A model generated the notes under the pieces. That model had not been told where the DNA came from and searched no databases. It saw only the letters and a list, made by a program, of their open reading frames with translations. Below, piece by piece: positions 1 to 9,810 of a stretch of 64,000 nt of DNA. Made by a program: the position numbers and the translations under genes. Positions within the stretch are counted from its first letter, which is position 1. The number at the start of each line of letters is the position of its first letter. The DNA is from an uncultured Acidobacteriota bacterium (GTDB taxonomy: Bacteria; Actinomycetota; Acidimicrobiia; Spongiisociales; ZC4RG35): NCBI GenBank assembly GCA_963828465.1, contig CAWHEU010000018.1, positions 224,001 to 288,000 on the forward strand. Direction: 5' to 3'.

Positions 1-875
1 TCCTCGATCGTCTTGGGCCAGTCGTCCTTGAGGAGACGGGAGAGGGAGCGGTCGGCGAGCAACTTGCCCCCGGTCTGACAGGTGGCGCAATAGTTGGACT
101 CGTTGGCGGCATGGACGATGCGCTGCACCTTCGACCCGCAGCGTGGACAGGGCTGGCCGAACTTGCCGTGCACCGCCATGTCGTCACGGAAAGCGGTCAC
201 CTTGGTCGGCCAATCCTCGCCCACCTCGTCCCGGAGCCGCTCGGTCCATTCGGTCAACGACTCGACCACAGCCTGCCGTAACTGCTCGACCTCATCGTCG
301 GTCAGCTGGGAGGTCCGCTTCACAGGTGACATCCGGGCCTGCCAGAGGATCTCGTCCGAATAGGAGTTGCCAATGCCCGAGAAGATGCGGGGATCCGTGA
401 GGGCCCGCTTCAAGGTCCGGTTTTCCTTCTTGAGGGCGGCGCCGAACTCTTCGGCATCGGCGTCCAGTGGTTCGACCCCGCCCCGGTCGAGCTCTGCCAC
501 GCCTTCGAACCCCCGACTCAGCCAGATCCCGGCCCGTTTGTGGGTTCCCTGCTCTGTGAGGATCAAGGTGCCCGGGTCGAAGTCGATTGCGGCCAGGCCG
601 ACCTTCTTCGGGATCGGCTTTCTCGGCGGCTCCCAGCGGAGACGGCCCGCCACCATCAGATGGATGACGAGGTAGAGATCGTCCTCCATGCCGAAGACGA
701 TCCGTTTCCCGACACGTTGCAGTGTCTTCACCTCGAGCCCCACTGGAGCGTCGTAAGGAGGGTCGTAGGTGCGCAACACCGACGGGGAGGCGACGCGAAC
801 GCCACGTACCACCTCGCCGAGAACGCGCCGCTCGAGCGCCTCCAGATAGACCACGATGTCGGGCAGCTCCGGCAC
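1..875 (-). CDS. Fpg/Nei family DNA glycosylase (3' end runs off the window)
   Basis: Manual translation from GTG at 875 gives MPELPDIVVYLEALERR, HLMVAGRLRW, FSGIGNSYSDEIL and a C-terminal zinc finger CPRCG...CATCQ. Not in the ORF track because the stop lies outside the window. Confidence 0.9.
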   Translation of the reverse strand, partial: MPELPDIVVYLEALERRVLGEVVRGVRVASPSVLRTYDPPYDAPVGLEVKTLQRVGKRIVFGMEDDLYLVIHLMVAGRLRWEPPRKPIPKKVGLAAIDFDPGTLILTEQGTHKRAGIWLSRGFEGVAELDRGGVEPLDADAEEFGAALKKENRTLKRALTDPRIFSGIGNSYSDEILWQARMSPVKRTSQLTDDEVEQLRQAVVESLTEWTERLRDEVGEDWPTKVTAFRDDMAVHGKFGQPCPRCGSKVQRIVHAANESNYCATCQTGGKLLADRSLSRLLKDDWPKTIE

Positions 876-988
876 GAGGCGGAAGCTACCGATGGGTGCC
901 AGCTACTCCGGCTCCCCGAATGACCCGCAGCCACGATAGCGATCTCTCCGATGAGCTCATCACGGTGCAGAAGCCAGACAAACGAGAC

Positions 989-1018
989 AAAAAAGGGACG
1001 GGCAATGCCCGTCCCTTT
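989..1018 (-). terminator. Intrinsic terminator after pnp
   Basis: Stem GGGACGGGC-ATT-GCCCGTCCC followed by a T-run on the minus strand, about 20 nt after the pnp stop. Confidence 0.85.
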
Positions 1019-1038
1019 CAATCCTGGATCAGCGAGAT

Positions 1039-3453
1039 CTAGCCCTCGCTGATCTCCTCGAACACTTCGTCGAAGCTCTGGGCGGCACGACGCCGCTCTG
1101 CGCCCGACTCAGCCGGCACCGGCTGGGGGGTCTCGACGCTGCTGGGGCTGGGATCACGGTCCCGACTCCCACGGTCACGATCGCGTCCGCCACGATCGCC
1201 GCCACGATCACGGCCCCGTCCTCCACGGTCACGATCACGGTCGCGCCCGCCACGATCGCCGCCATCCTGACGGGGAGCCTCGGGCTCGGGAAGGGTTGCC
1301 CCCTCCAGGGCCTCGACCAGCTCGAGACTGACCTTGCCTCGATCGATCTCGCGGACCCTGACCTTCAACTCTTGGCCGTCGACCAGATAGTCCTCGACTC
1401 GCTCCACCCGCTTCGACCCGTCGAGACGGGAGATGTGAAGCAGCCCGTCACGCCCGGGGAGGATGTTGACGAATGCGCCGAACTTGGTGATGTTCACCAC
1501 CTTGCCGTCGTACTCGGTGCCCAACTCCACCTCCGGCGGGAAGGCGATCTGCATCACCTTCTCCTTGGCGGCGGCCAGAGCCGAACCGTCGTTGGAGGCG
1601 ATCCTCACGATGCCTTTGCCATCGGTCTCTTCGATCTCGATGGCGGCTCCGGTCACTTCCTCGAGCTCGCGAATCACAGCGCCCTTGGGACCGATGACCT
1701 CACCGATCTTGTCCTTGGGGATCTCGATCGACTCGATACGAGGCGCGAATTCGTTCATCTCCGCACGAGGCTCGGCAATGGCTTCTGCCATCTTGTCCAG
1801 GATGAACAAGCGGGCGACCTTGGCCTGATCGAGTGCCTCTGTCAGCACCTCGGAGGGAAGGCCTTCGAGCTTGGTGTCGAGCTGCAAGGCCGTGATGACG
1901 TCCCTGGTGCCGGCCACCTTGAAGTCCATGTCACCGAGGGCGTCTTCCGCACCGAGGATGTCGGTGAGCGTCACGTACTTCCCATCACGGTGAATGAGCC
2001 CCATGGCGATACCGCCGACCGGCGCCAGGATCGGAACGGCGGCGTCCATCAGCGAGAGGGACGACGCACACACCGACGCCATGGAAGTGGACCCGTTCGA
2101 GGACAGGACCTCGGAGACGAGCCTGAGGGCGTAGGGGAATTCTTCCTCTGTGGGGATGACCGGGAGGACTGCCTTTTCGGCCAGTGCCCCGTGACCTATC
2201 TCACGACGCTTCGGGCCACGCATGAACCCGGCCTCACCGGTGGAGAATGGTGGGAAGTTGTAGTGGTGCATGTAGCGCTTGGAATCCTCGAGGGCGAGGG
2301 TGTCCAGCATCTGCTCCATCTTCATCATCCCGAGCGTGGTCAGGTTGAGAACCTGGGTCTCGCCTCGTTGGAAGAGACCGGAACCATGAGTCCTCGCCAC
2401 CACGCCGACCTCGGCGCTGATCGGCCGGATGTCGGTGGGGCCACGCCCATCGAGGCGTATGCCGTCCTCGACCACCCGCTTGCGCATGAGGTCCTTGAGG
2501 ACCGACTTGAACGCGCGCTTTGCCTGGCCACGACCCTCGTCGTCGTCCTCGGCAACACCGAGCTCTGCCACGACCGCCTCCAGGACCTCGTCCTCGGCGG
2601 TGTTGCGCTCCTGCTTATCGGCGATTGTGACCACCGAGCCGAGCTTCGGCTCTGCGATCCCTCGGACGCTCTGGTAGATCTCGTCGGAGTAGTCGGCGGC
2701 CACCGGCCACGCGACCTCTTTCTTGGTCACCTTGGAGGCCAATTCGTTCTGGAGATCGATGAACTCCCCGATGTAGACCTTGGCCTCTTCGAGACCCCTG
2801 GCGACGGTGCTCTCATCCGACGGGGCATCGCCCGCCGCGATCAGACGCAGGCCGTTGGGCGTCGAACCGGCCTCGACCATGATGACGTCGATCCCGCCCT
2901 CGGCGTTGCGACCACCGGCGACCACCAGCTCGAATACCGACTCGTCGAGATCGGCATGGGTCGGGAAGGGGATCCACTCCCCCTTCTTGAGACCGAGACG
3001 AACGGCGCCGATGGGTCCCTGGAAGGGGATCGGGCTCACGCTCAATGCAGCCGAGGCGCCATTCAAGGCAATCACGTCGAAGGGATTCTCCTGGTCCACC
3101 GCCAGCGAGGTGATCACGACGTGGGTCTCGTTGCGATAGTTGTCGGAGAATGAGGGGCGCAGCGGGCGGTCTATGAGCCGGCAGGTGAGAATCGCCTGCT
3201 CGGAGGGTCGACCCTCACGACGGAAGAACGACCCGGGGATCTTGCCCACCGAGTACATGCGCTCTTCGAAGTCGACGGTGAGAGGGAAGAAATCGACTCC
3301 CTCCCTGATTTTCCTATTTGCAGTGGCGGTTACCAACATCTCGGTACCGCCGAGTCGGGCGACCACGGCTCCGTCGGCCTGACCGGCGAGTTTGCCGGTG
3401 CTCAGGACGAACTCTTTGCCGCCGATGGTCCCCGTTACGGAGATTTCGGGCAC
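1039..3453 (-). CDS. pnp: Polyribonucleotide nucleotidyltransferase (PNPase)
   Basis: DFFPLTVDFEER, RREGRPS, RREIGHG and SNGSTSMAS motifs, KH and S1 domains; lies downstream of rpsO. Confidence 0.98.
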   Translation of the reverse strand: MPEISVTGTIGGKEFVLSTGKLAGQADGAVVARLGGTEMLVTATANRKIREGVDFFPLTVDFEERMYSVGKIPGSFFRREGRPSEQAILTCRLIDRPLRPSFSDNYRNETHVVITSLAVDQENPFDVIALNGASAALSVSPIPFQGPIGAVRLGLKKGEWIPFPTHADLDESVFELVVAGGRNAEGGIDVIMVEAGSTPNGLRLIAAGDAPSDESTVARGLEEAKVYIGEFIDLQNELASKVTKKEVAWPVAADYSDEIYQSVRGIAEPKLGSVVTIADKQERNTAEDEVLEAVVAELGVAEDDDEGRGQAKRAFKSVLKDLMRKRVVEDGIRLDGRGPTDIRPISAEVGVVARTHGSGLFQRGETQVLNLTTLGMMKMEQMLDTLALEDSKRYMHHYNFPPFSTGEAGFMRGPKRREIGHGALAEKAVLPVIPTEEEFPYALRLVSEVLSSNGSTSMASVCASSLSLMDAAVPILAPVGGIAMGLIHRDGKYVTLTDILGAEDALGDMDFKVAGTRDVITALQLDTKLEGLPSEVLTEALDQAKVARLFILDKMAEAIAEPRAEMNEFAPRIESIEIPKDKIGEVIGPKGAVIRELEEVTGAAIEIEETDGKGIVRIASNDGSALAAAKEKVMQIAFPPEVELGTEYDGKVVNITKFGAFVNILPGRDGLLHISRLDGSKRVERVEDYLVDGQELKVRVREIDRGKVSLELVEALEGATLPEPEAPRQDGGDRGGRDRDRDRGGRGRDRGGDRGGRDRDRGSRDRDPSPSSVETPQPVPAESGAERRRAAQSFDEVFEEISEG

Positions 3454-3481
3454 TAAGTGCTCCTTGTGTATGGGAGCCGCA

Positions 3482-3536
3482 CCCGTTGGCAGTAGTCATG
3501 TCTCAGGTGAACCGAGACATCGCCACTGACAACCGG
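3482..3536 (-). promoter_or_regulatory. Long stem-loop in the rpsO-pnp spacer (pnp leader; Actino-pnp or RNase III-site-like)
   Basis: Minus strand reads CCGGTTGTCAGTGGCGATGTCTCGG-TTCA-CCTGAGACATGACTACTGCCAACGGG, which folds into an extended bulged hairpin in the pnp 5' UTR. Confidence 0.65.
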
Positions 3537-3620
3537 CAAGGCTCAGTGTGTATGTCGGCCCCGGCCGTCCGGCCCGGGCCATCTCATGAGGAACGCTAAC
3601 CGCTCCTCAGGAAAGCAGTG

Positions 3621-3878
3621 TCAGCGACGCAGCCCCAACTTGGCAATCAGGGCCCTATATCGCTCCACGTCCTCCCTACGGAGGTAGTCGAGGAGACGAC
3701 GCCGCTTACCGACCATCATGAGGAGCCCGCGCCGACTGTGGTGGTCGTGCTTGTGCTCACGGAGATGCTCGGTCAAATGGTTGATTCGCTCGCTGAGCAA
3801 GGCGACCTGCACTTCTGGGGAGCCGGTATCGCTCTCGTGGGTGCCGTACTCGGCGACGATTTCAGTGGTTGTCTTCAT
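3621..3878 (-). CDS. rpsO: 30S ribosomal protein S15
   Basis: [24 protein letters not shown] and LGLRR motifs. Confidence 0.98.
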   Translation of the reverse strand: MKTTTEIVAEYGTHESDTGSPEVQVALLSERINHLTEHLREHKHDHHSRRGLLMMVGKRRRLLDYLRREDVERYRALIAKLGLRR

Positions 3879-3990
3879 TACGCGTCAAACCTGGACTGTT
3901 CCGGGGGGACAGCAGAAACTCTAACAGCCCACTCGTTGGTAACCACAACCACGGACACGACAACCACGCGGCCTCCCCCCTTGTTCCCCT

Positions 3991-5230
3991 TCACCGCACC
4001 TGCCCGTCACCATAGAGCACGTACCGCTCGGACGTAAGGGACTCGAGACCCATAGGGCCTCGGACGTGGAGCTTCTGAGTCGAGTTGCCGATCTCGGCGC
4101 CGAACCCGAACTCCTCGCCGTCGGTGAAACGGGTCGACGCGTTCACCGCCACGACCGCGGTGTCGATCGCGGCGACGAAGCGGTCGGCTGCGACGCGGTC
4201 GTCGGTGACTATGGCCTCGGTGTGACCCGTCCCGTAGCGACGGACATGCTCGATGGCTGCATCGATGCCGGGCACGACACGGACCGCCATGATCAGGTCG
4301 AGGTACTCGGTAGCCCAGTCCTCTTCGGTCGCCTCCCCCATCTCAGGCACCAGCTCACGTGCGTGGTCGTCGCCTCTGAGCTCGACGTTTTCAGCCATGA
4401 GGGCGCGAGCTGCCTCACCGAGGAACTTCTCGGCCACGGCCTCGTGGACCAAGAGCGTCTCGGCGGCGTTGCAAACTCCGGGACGCTGGACCTTGGCGTT
4501 GACCACGATGCCAATCGCCTTCTCCAGATCGGCTGCGGCATCGACGTAGACATGGCAGTTCCCCGCACCGTCGATGACGGTTGGCACAGTGGCATCCGCC
4601 TGGACCGCAGCGATGAGACCCGGGCCCACCCCTTGGTACGAGCAGATCCACCCATTCGGTCGCCTGCATCAGTGCTTTGGCTCCCTCTCGGCTGGTGTCC
4701 TCGAGGAGTTGGACCCCGTCGGCAGGGAGACCGGCAGCGGTGAGCGAGCTTCGTATGGCACCCGAGATGGCCATGTTGGAGCGGAGGGCGTAGGACGAGC
4801 CGCGCAGGATCACGGCGTTGCCGGATCGGATGCAGAGCCCGGCGGCATCGGCGGTCACGTTGGGACGGGCCTCGTAAATCACGGCGACGACGCCGAGTGG
4901 GACACGGACGCGGTGGAGTTGCACCCCGTTGTACAACGACCAGCCTCCTGTCTCGCGGCCCACCGGATCGGGCAAGGAGGCAACGCTGCGAAGACCGGCG
5001 GCCATGGCGGAGATCCGCCTCTCGTCCAGACGGAGCCGGTCGATGAGAGCGCCCGTGATCCCCTCGCCTTCCGCCTGTGCCATGTCGGCCCGATTCGCCT
5101 CGAGCACTGCCGAGGCAGCCTCTTCCACCCCAGCGGCCATGCCGAGCAGGGCCTGCCGGCGTGACTCGCCGGTCGACTGACGCAGGACGTGTGAGGCCTC
5201 CCGGGCTCGGCGGCCGATCTCCTCGATCAT
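3991..5230 (-). CDS. proA: Gamma-glutamyl phosphate reductase (frameshift near 4630)
   Basis: The N-half (VPLGVVAVIYEARPNVT, LLVPRGG) and C-half (GNCHVYVD, CNAAETLL, NASTRFTDG, HVRGPMGL) lie in two frames. Confidence 0.93.
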
Positions 5231-6369
5231 TGGCCCAGGTTATCGGCGGATGGGGCTGTGGTGAGAACGACGAGGTCGTCGCGGTGGACCACCACACCAC
5301 CCACCTCCGAGCTGTGGCGGCCGATGGACGTGCGGACCTCTTCGGCCGTCATCGCCACCAACCCTTTGCCGATGACGGTCTCATCATCGCCGGTCACCTC
5401 CACAGCCGACCCGGCGTCGAACTCGCCATCCACGCCTGTTATCCCGACGGCGAGAAGCGAGCGCCCCCCGTCGAGCAGGGCAGACACCGCGCCGGGGTCG
5501 ACAGAGAGACGCCCGACCGCGGGCAGACCGAAAGCGATCCAGAGCTTGCGGGCCGGGAGCCTCGACTCGTGAGGCGTTACCCACGTCCCCACCGCCTCAC
5601 CGGACACGGCACGGGCGACCACCCCGCTCTCCCTGGCATCGGCGATCACCGTGGGGATACCTGACCAGGCGGCCATCCTCGCCGCCATCACCTTGGTTGC
5701 GGGACCACCCGAGCCGAAAGGTCCTGGCGACCCACCGGCGATGTGGTCGAGCGCGGCATCACCGGAAAAGACCGCCGAGAGCAGCTCGACGTCGTCCATG
5801 GTCCTTGGGTCTCCCGAGTAGATGCCCCCGAAGTCGGTCAGGATCACAAGGATCCCGGCAGAGACGAGGTGGGACACGATCGCCGCCAGCTCGTCGTTGC
5901 CGCCGAGCCGGAACTCGTCCACCACCACGGTGTCGTTCTCGTTGATGATCGGGACGACTCCCAGGGAGAGCATGCGCTCCAGCGTGTTACGCGCATTGAG
6001 ATATTGGGACCGGTTGGCGAGCACGTCCTTGGTCAGCAGGACCTGGCCAACCACCATCCCCCGGCTCTTGAACAAAGCGGCGTATCGCTCCATGAGGAGT
6101 CCCTGGCCCACCGCCGCCGCAGCCTGGAGACCGGGCACATCTCTGGGGCGCCCGCCAAGGCCGAGCGCCGGAATGCCGGCCGCTACAGCCCCAGATGAGA
6201 CAAGGAGGGTCGGATGACCTCCATCCCACATCCCGGCGACATGTTCGACCGCCTGCTCGAGACCCTCGGGATCGAGCTCACCGGTGGGACGCACCAAGCT
6301 CGAAGAACCGGCCTTGACCACGACCGGTCTCCCGGCATCGACAGGCCGGCGGCCGATTGAGTCCGTCAT
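5227..6369 (-). CDS. proB: Glutamate 5-kinase
   Basis: VVVKAGSSSL, VSSGAVAAG and PIINENDTV motifs; C-terminal PUA domain. Confidence 0.96.
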   Translation of the reverse strand: MTDSIGRRPVDAGRPVVVKAGSSSLVRPTGELDPEGLEQAVEHVAGMWDGGHPTLLVSSGAVAAGIPALGLGGRPRDVPGLQAAAAVGQGLLMERYAALFKSRGMVVGQVLLTKDVLANRSQYLNARNTLERMLSLGVVPIINENDTVVVDEFRLGGNDELAAIVSHLVSAGILVILTDFGGIYSGDPRTMDDVELLSAVFSGDAALDHIAGGSPGPFGSGGPATKVMAARMAAWSGIPTVIADARESGVVARAVSGEAVGTWVTPHESRLPARKLWIAFGLPAVGRLSVDPGAVSALLDGGRSLLAVGITGVDGEFDAGSAVEVTGDDETVIGKGLVAMTAEEVRTSIGRHSSEVGGVVVHRDDLVVLTTAPSADNLGQ

Positions 6370-6385
6370 GGACCTGCCACCTGTC

Positions 6386-7312
6386 TCAGGTCGGCACCGG
6401 AGCGGTCTTCAGCAGGCGGCGCACCTGCGCGACGTCGTCCCTGATCGCCGCGACGAGGGCATCGGCGTTCTCGAATTGGAGCTCGGGGCGAAGCCTTTCG
6501 ACGAATTCGAGGGTCAGAACCGATCCGTAGATCTCCCTATCGAAATCGATGATGTGCGCCTCGATGAGCAGCTCGGTGCCCCCGAAAGTGGGCCTGACCC
6601 CGACGTTCACCGCTGCGGGCAGGATCTCCCGGCCGAAGCGAGCCCAAGCCGCATAGATACCGTTCCCCGGGATCACCTTTCGTTCCGGCGGTCTGAGGTT
6701 GGCGGTGGGGAACCCGAGGCCTTTCCCCCTCTGGTCACCAGGGGACACCACGTTGGAGAGCCGGTAGAGGTTGCCGAGAAGGTCGGCCGCGTCCGACACG
6801 TCTCCGTCCTCGATCAGTCGACGGATCCGGGTCGATGAGATGACGCCGTTGGACTCGACCAGGCCGACCACCTCGACCTCGAACCCATGACGGGATCCCG
6901 CCGCGATCAGGAATTCGCAGTCACCGGCTCGATCACGGCCGAACTGGAAATCGGCACCGACCACCAGATAGCTGACTTCGAGCTTGTCCACCAGCACCTT
7001 GGAGACGAACTCCTCCGGCTCGAGATGACGGATCTCCGACAGGTCGAGCACGCCGACGGTGTCGACGCCGAGACCGGCGAGCAAGGCGATTCGCTCGTCG
7101 ATGCTGGTGATCAGACGCGGATGGGTCCCAGGTGAGAGCACTTCGGCCGGATGCGGGTCGAAGGTGAGCACCGTCGAGGGACGAGAGTTGGCCACCAGCC
7201 GGTCGAGGATCACACGGTGCCCGATATGAACCCCGTCGAACACACCCACGGTGACCGCGTTTGGCGGAGTCTGCGCCTCCCAGCGCTCCAAGGGGCCTCG
7301 AAGGATCTTCAC
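6386..7312 (-). CDS. ribF: Bifunctional riboflavin kinase/FAD synthetase
   Basis: GVFDGVHIGH, ISSTRIR and GFPTANL motifs; GTG start overlaps the truB stop. Confidence 0.95.
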   Translation of the reverse strand: MKILRGPLERWEAQTPPNAVTVGVFDGVHIGHRVILDRLVANSRPSTVLTFDPHPAEVLSPGTHPRLITSIDERIALLAGLGVDTVGVLDLSEIRHLEPEEFVSKVLVDKLEVSYLVVGADFQFGRDRAGDCEFLIAAGSRHGFEVEVVGLVESNGVISSTRIRRLIEDGDVSDAADLLGNLYRLSNVVSPGDQRGKGLGFPTANLRPPERKVIPGNGIYAAWARFGREILPAAVNVGVRPTFGGTELLIEAHIIDFDREIYGSVLTLEFVERLRPELQFENADALVAAIRDDVAQVRRLLKTAPVPT

Positions 7313-8187
7313 GAGGCGAGGACCACCTCGGGTCTCGCCTGGTCTCCATCTCGCCGGTACACGGCGATCAGGTCGCCTGCCTGGTCGAGCACGCGGATTA
7401 TCGAGTGGTCGGGGGCGGCAACCATCTCGCCACCAACAAACTGCATGCCGTGACACACCCCGCGGGCCGTCTCCTCGCTGACGGTCACGGCAGGTAGATC
7501 GCCGAGAGCCTCCGCAGGCGTGAGGAAATGAGCCTCCCATTCGCCCAGTTCACCGATCTCGACACCGTGTGTCTCCACGCCGAGAGATCCGGTACGGGTG
7601 CGGCGGAGAGCGGTGAGATGGGCCGACCCTCCGAGCGCCGCGGCCAGATCGTCGGCCAACGAGCGCACGTAGGTCCCCTTGCCGCACACAACACGGAACT
7701 CAACCTCCGGGTACGGGCCGGCGCCCACGGCCCCGATCTCCAACTCGTGGATCTCCACCGGCCGTGCCTCCCGTTCCACCACCACGCCCTGACGGGCTAA
7801 TTCGTAGAGACGCCGGCCCTGGTGCTTGAGGGCGGAGACCATCGGCGGCACCTGGAGCACCGTGCCGACGAAACGGCTGGCCACGGCTTCCAGTTCCTTC
7901 TCGGAGAACTCCATCGGCTCACGATTGAGAACTGCTCCATCCGAATCCAGGGTGTCTGTCGAAACCCCGAATTGGGCGGTCGCCAGGTATTCCTTGGGCT
8001 GTTCCTGGATGAATCGGATGAGTCTGGTCACCGGCCCGACCGCGACCACGACGACGCCGGTAGCAAGTGGATCGAGGGTGCCGGCATGACCCACCTTCTT
8101 GATCCCCGTGGCGCGCTTGACGCGGCTGACGACATCGTTTGATGTCATCCCCCCCGGCTTGTCGACCACGAGAAAACCCCGGGTCAT
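7309..8187 (-). CDS. truB: tRNA pseudouridine(55) synthase
   Basis: KVGHAGTLDPLATGV and CGKGTYVRSLA motifs. Confidence 0.97.
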   Translation of the reverse strand: MTRGFLVVDKPGGMTSNDVVSRVKRATGIKKVGHAGTLDPLATGVVVVAVGPVTRLIRFIQEQPKEYLATAQFGVSTDTLDSDGAVLNREPMEFSEKELEAVASRFVGTVLQVPPMVSALKHQGRRLYELARQGVVVEREARPVEIHELEIGAVGAGPYPEVEFRVVCGKGTYVRSLADDLAAALGGSAHLTALRRTRTGSLGVETHGVEIGELGEWEAHFLTPAEALGDLPAVTVSEETARGVCHGMQFVGGEMVAAPDHSIIRVLDQAGDLIAVYRRDGDQARPEVVLAS

Positions 8188-9155
8188 CTGTGGGCCTCGA
8201 GCCTTTTGCGCACCTCGTCGATTGCCTTCTCCGGGTCTCCGTCAAAGGTGAACCCCGAGGCGAGGCGGTGCCCGCCACCGCCGAGCTCGGCTGCGAGGGC
8301 ACCCACGTCGGTGGCACCCCGGGAGCGCAGGCTCACCTTCACATGACTGTCTTCGTTGACTTTTGCCAGCACCGCCACGTCGGCCTCCTCGGCCAGTCTC
8401 AGGGTGTTCAGCAGGTTGTCGATGTCGCCCCAATCCACACCTGCTTCGTCGAGGTCCTGGTGGGTGATGATGGTGGAGACCATCCCCTGATCGGTATCGA
8501 GTACGGCTCGGGCCAGGGCGGCGCCGGCCGCCTTCAGATACCCGAAAGGCGCTTCCTCGTAGACCTTCTGACTGATCTGCTCGGGTCGCGCCCCGGCCGC
8601 GACCAGTCGCGCAGCGACCTCCAACGTAGGGGCGGTTGTGTTGGCGTACTGGAAGCGCCCGGTGTCGGTGACCACCGCGGTGAGGAGACAGGTGGCGATC
8701 TCGGGGGTGATGGGCCATCCCAGGGCGTCGAGCAGGTCGACGACGATCACTCCGGTCGCAGCGGCGTCGGGGTCGACGAGTGGGATGTCGCCGAAGCCCT
8801 CATTGGTGACATGGTGGTCCACCACCACCAGGGTCCCTGCATTCGCTGCCGGACCGCCCAACTCGGCGAGGCGGTCGGGTGACCCGGCATCGAAGACGAC
8901 CATTGTCTCGGGATTCTTGGGGAATTCACCTGGTTCCACCAACATGTCCGTGGGGAGGAATGACAGGTTGGCGGGGACGACGAATGGCGACCCGAACCCT
9001 GCCGCCACTGCCTTCCCGGCGGCGCGGGCCGCGGTCCCGAATCCGAGCATCGAGCCGAGGGCGTCTCCATCGGGGCCGACATGACATGCCAGCGCCAACT
9101 CCTCGCTGGCGGCAATCGTCGCGGCTGCCTTTTCGATGAGCTGTCGTTCGATCAT
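8184..9155 (-). CDS. nrnA: DHH/DHHA1 phosphoesterase (NrnA-like nanoRNase/pAp phosphatase)
   Basis: HVGPDGDALGS, VDHH, TDTGRF and GGGHRLASG motifs; sits between rbfA and truB. Confidence 0.88.
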   Translation of the reverse strand: MIERQLIEKAAATIAASEELALACHVGPDGDALGSMLGFGTAARAAGKAVAAGFGSPFVVPANLSFLPTDMLVEPGEFPKNPETMVVFDAGSPDRLAELGGPAANAGTLVVVDHHVTNEGFGDIPLVDPDAAATGVIVVDLLDALGWPITPEIATCLLTAVVTDTGRFQYANTTAPTLEVAARLVAAGARPEQISQKVYEEAPFGYLKAAGAALARAVLDTDQGMVSTIITHQDLDEAGVDWGDIDNLLNTLRLAEEADVAVLAKVNEDSHVKVSLRSRGATDVGALAAELGGGGHRLASGFTFDGDPEKAIDEVRKRLEAHR

Positions 9156-9162
9156 CCGGGTC

Positions 9163-9507
9163 TCATTCCTCTTCCTGCAGGGAACGCAGGATGGCATCGA
9201 TTCTCTCGCCGCCGCTCACACCGGGGTCGACCGCAAACTCCAGGACCGGCGTGTACTTCATCCGGACCTGACGAGCTATGACCGCTTGGAGACGGTGTGA
9301 GGCGTGATCGAGGGCTGTGAGGGCGTCGGCGGGATCGGCACCGAGGAGGTCGATATAGACCACGGCATGACGAAGATTGGGACTGGTCTCGACACTTGTG
9401 ATGGACACCATCTCGAGGCGGGAATCGCTCATTCTCTCGATCTCTTCTGCAAGGACTTCGCGGAGGGTGGAGTTGACCTTCAGCATTCGGGGGCTGGCAT
9501 CTCTCAT
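9163..9507 (-). CDS. rbfA: Ribosome-binding factor A
   Basis: SPNLRHAVVY and KYTPVLEF motifs; synteny. Confidence 0.93.
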   Translation of the reverse strand: MRDASPRMLKVNSTLREVLAEEIERMSDSRLEMVSITSVETSPNLRHAVVYIDLLGADPADALTALDHASHRLQAVIARQVRMKYTPVLEFAVDPGVSGGERIDAILRSLQEEE

Positions 9508-9797
9508 TCGGGCTCCTCCAACTCGCTCATGCGCACGTCGAGGACTTCGACCTCCAGTTGCCCATCAAGGTAGCGGCGCAACTTGGAGATCTGCATGGCG
9601 AGGCTCTCGCCGTCCGGGGCGACGATGGCGACTCCGATTGCCGCCCGCTGCCACTTGTCGTGGAAGCCGACTTCGGCGACGCTGTAGGAGCCGATGCGCC
9701 GCAGACCCTCGATGACCGGCCGGAGCACGGCTCTCTTCTCTTTGAGCGACTGTGAGGCGGGCAGGTGTAGCTCGACCCTCAAGGCCGCGGCCCGCAT
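9504..9797 (-). CDS. DUF503 family protein
   Basis: SLKEKRAVLRP and SVAEVG..DKWQRAAIG motifs; canonical infB-DUF503-rbfA position. Confidence 0.88.
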   Translation of the reverse strand: MRAAALRVELHLPASQSLKEKRAVLRPVIEGLRRIGSYSVAEVGFHDKWQRAAIGVAIVAPDGESLAMQISKLRRYLDGQLEVEVLDVRMSELEEPE

Positions 9798-9810
9798 CAG
9801 GCGGCGTTTA

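Noticed and set aside
1372-3153. Long antisense ORFs (e.g. 593 aa opposite pnp; others opposite proS, cdsA and rpsB)
   Set aside because: These are shadow ORFs expected from high-GC codon bias and have no recognisable motifs.
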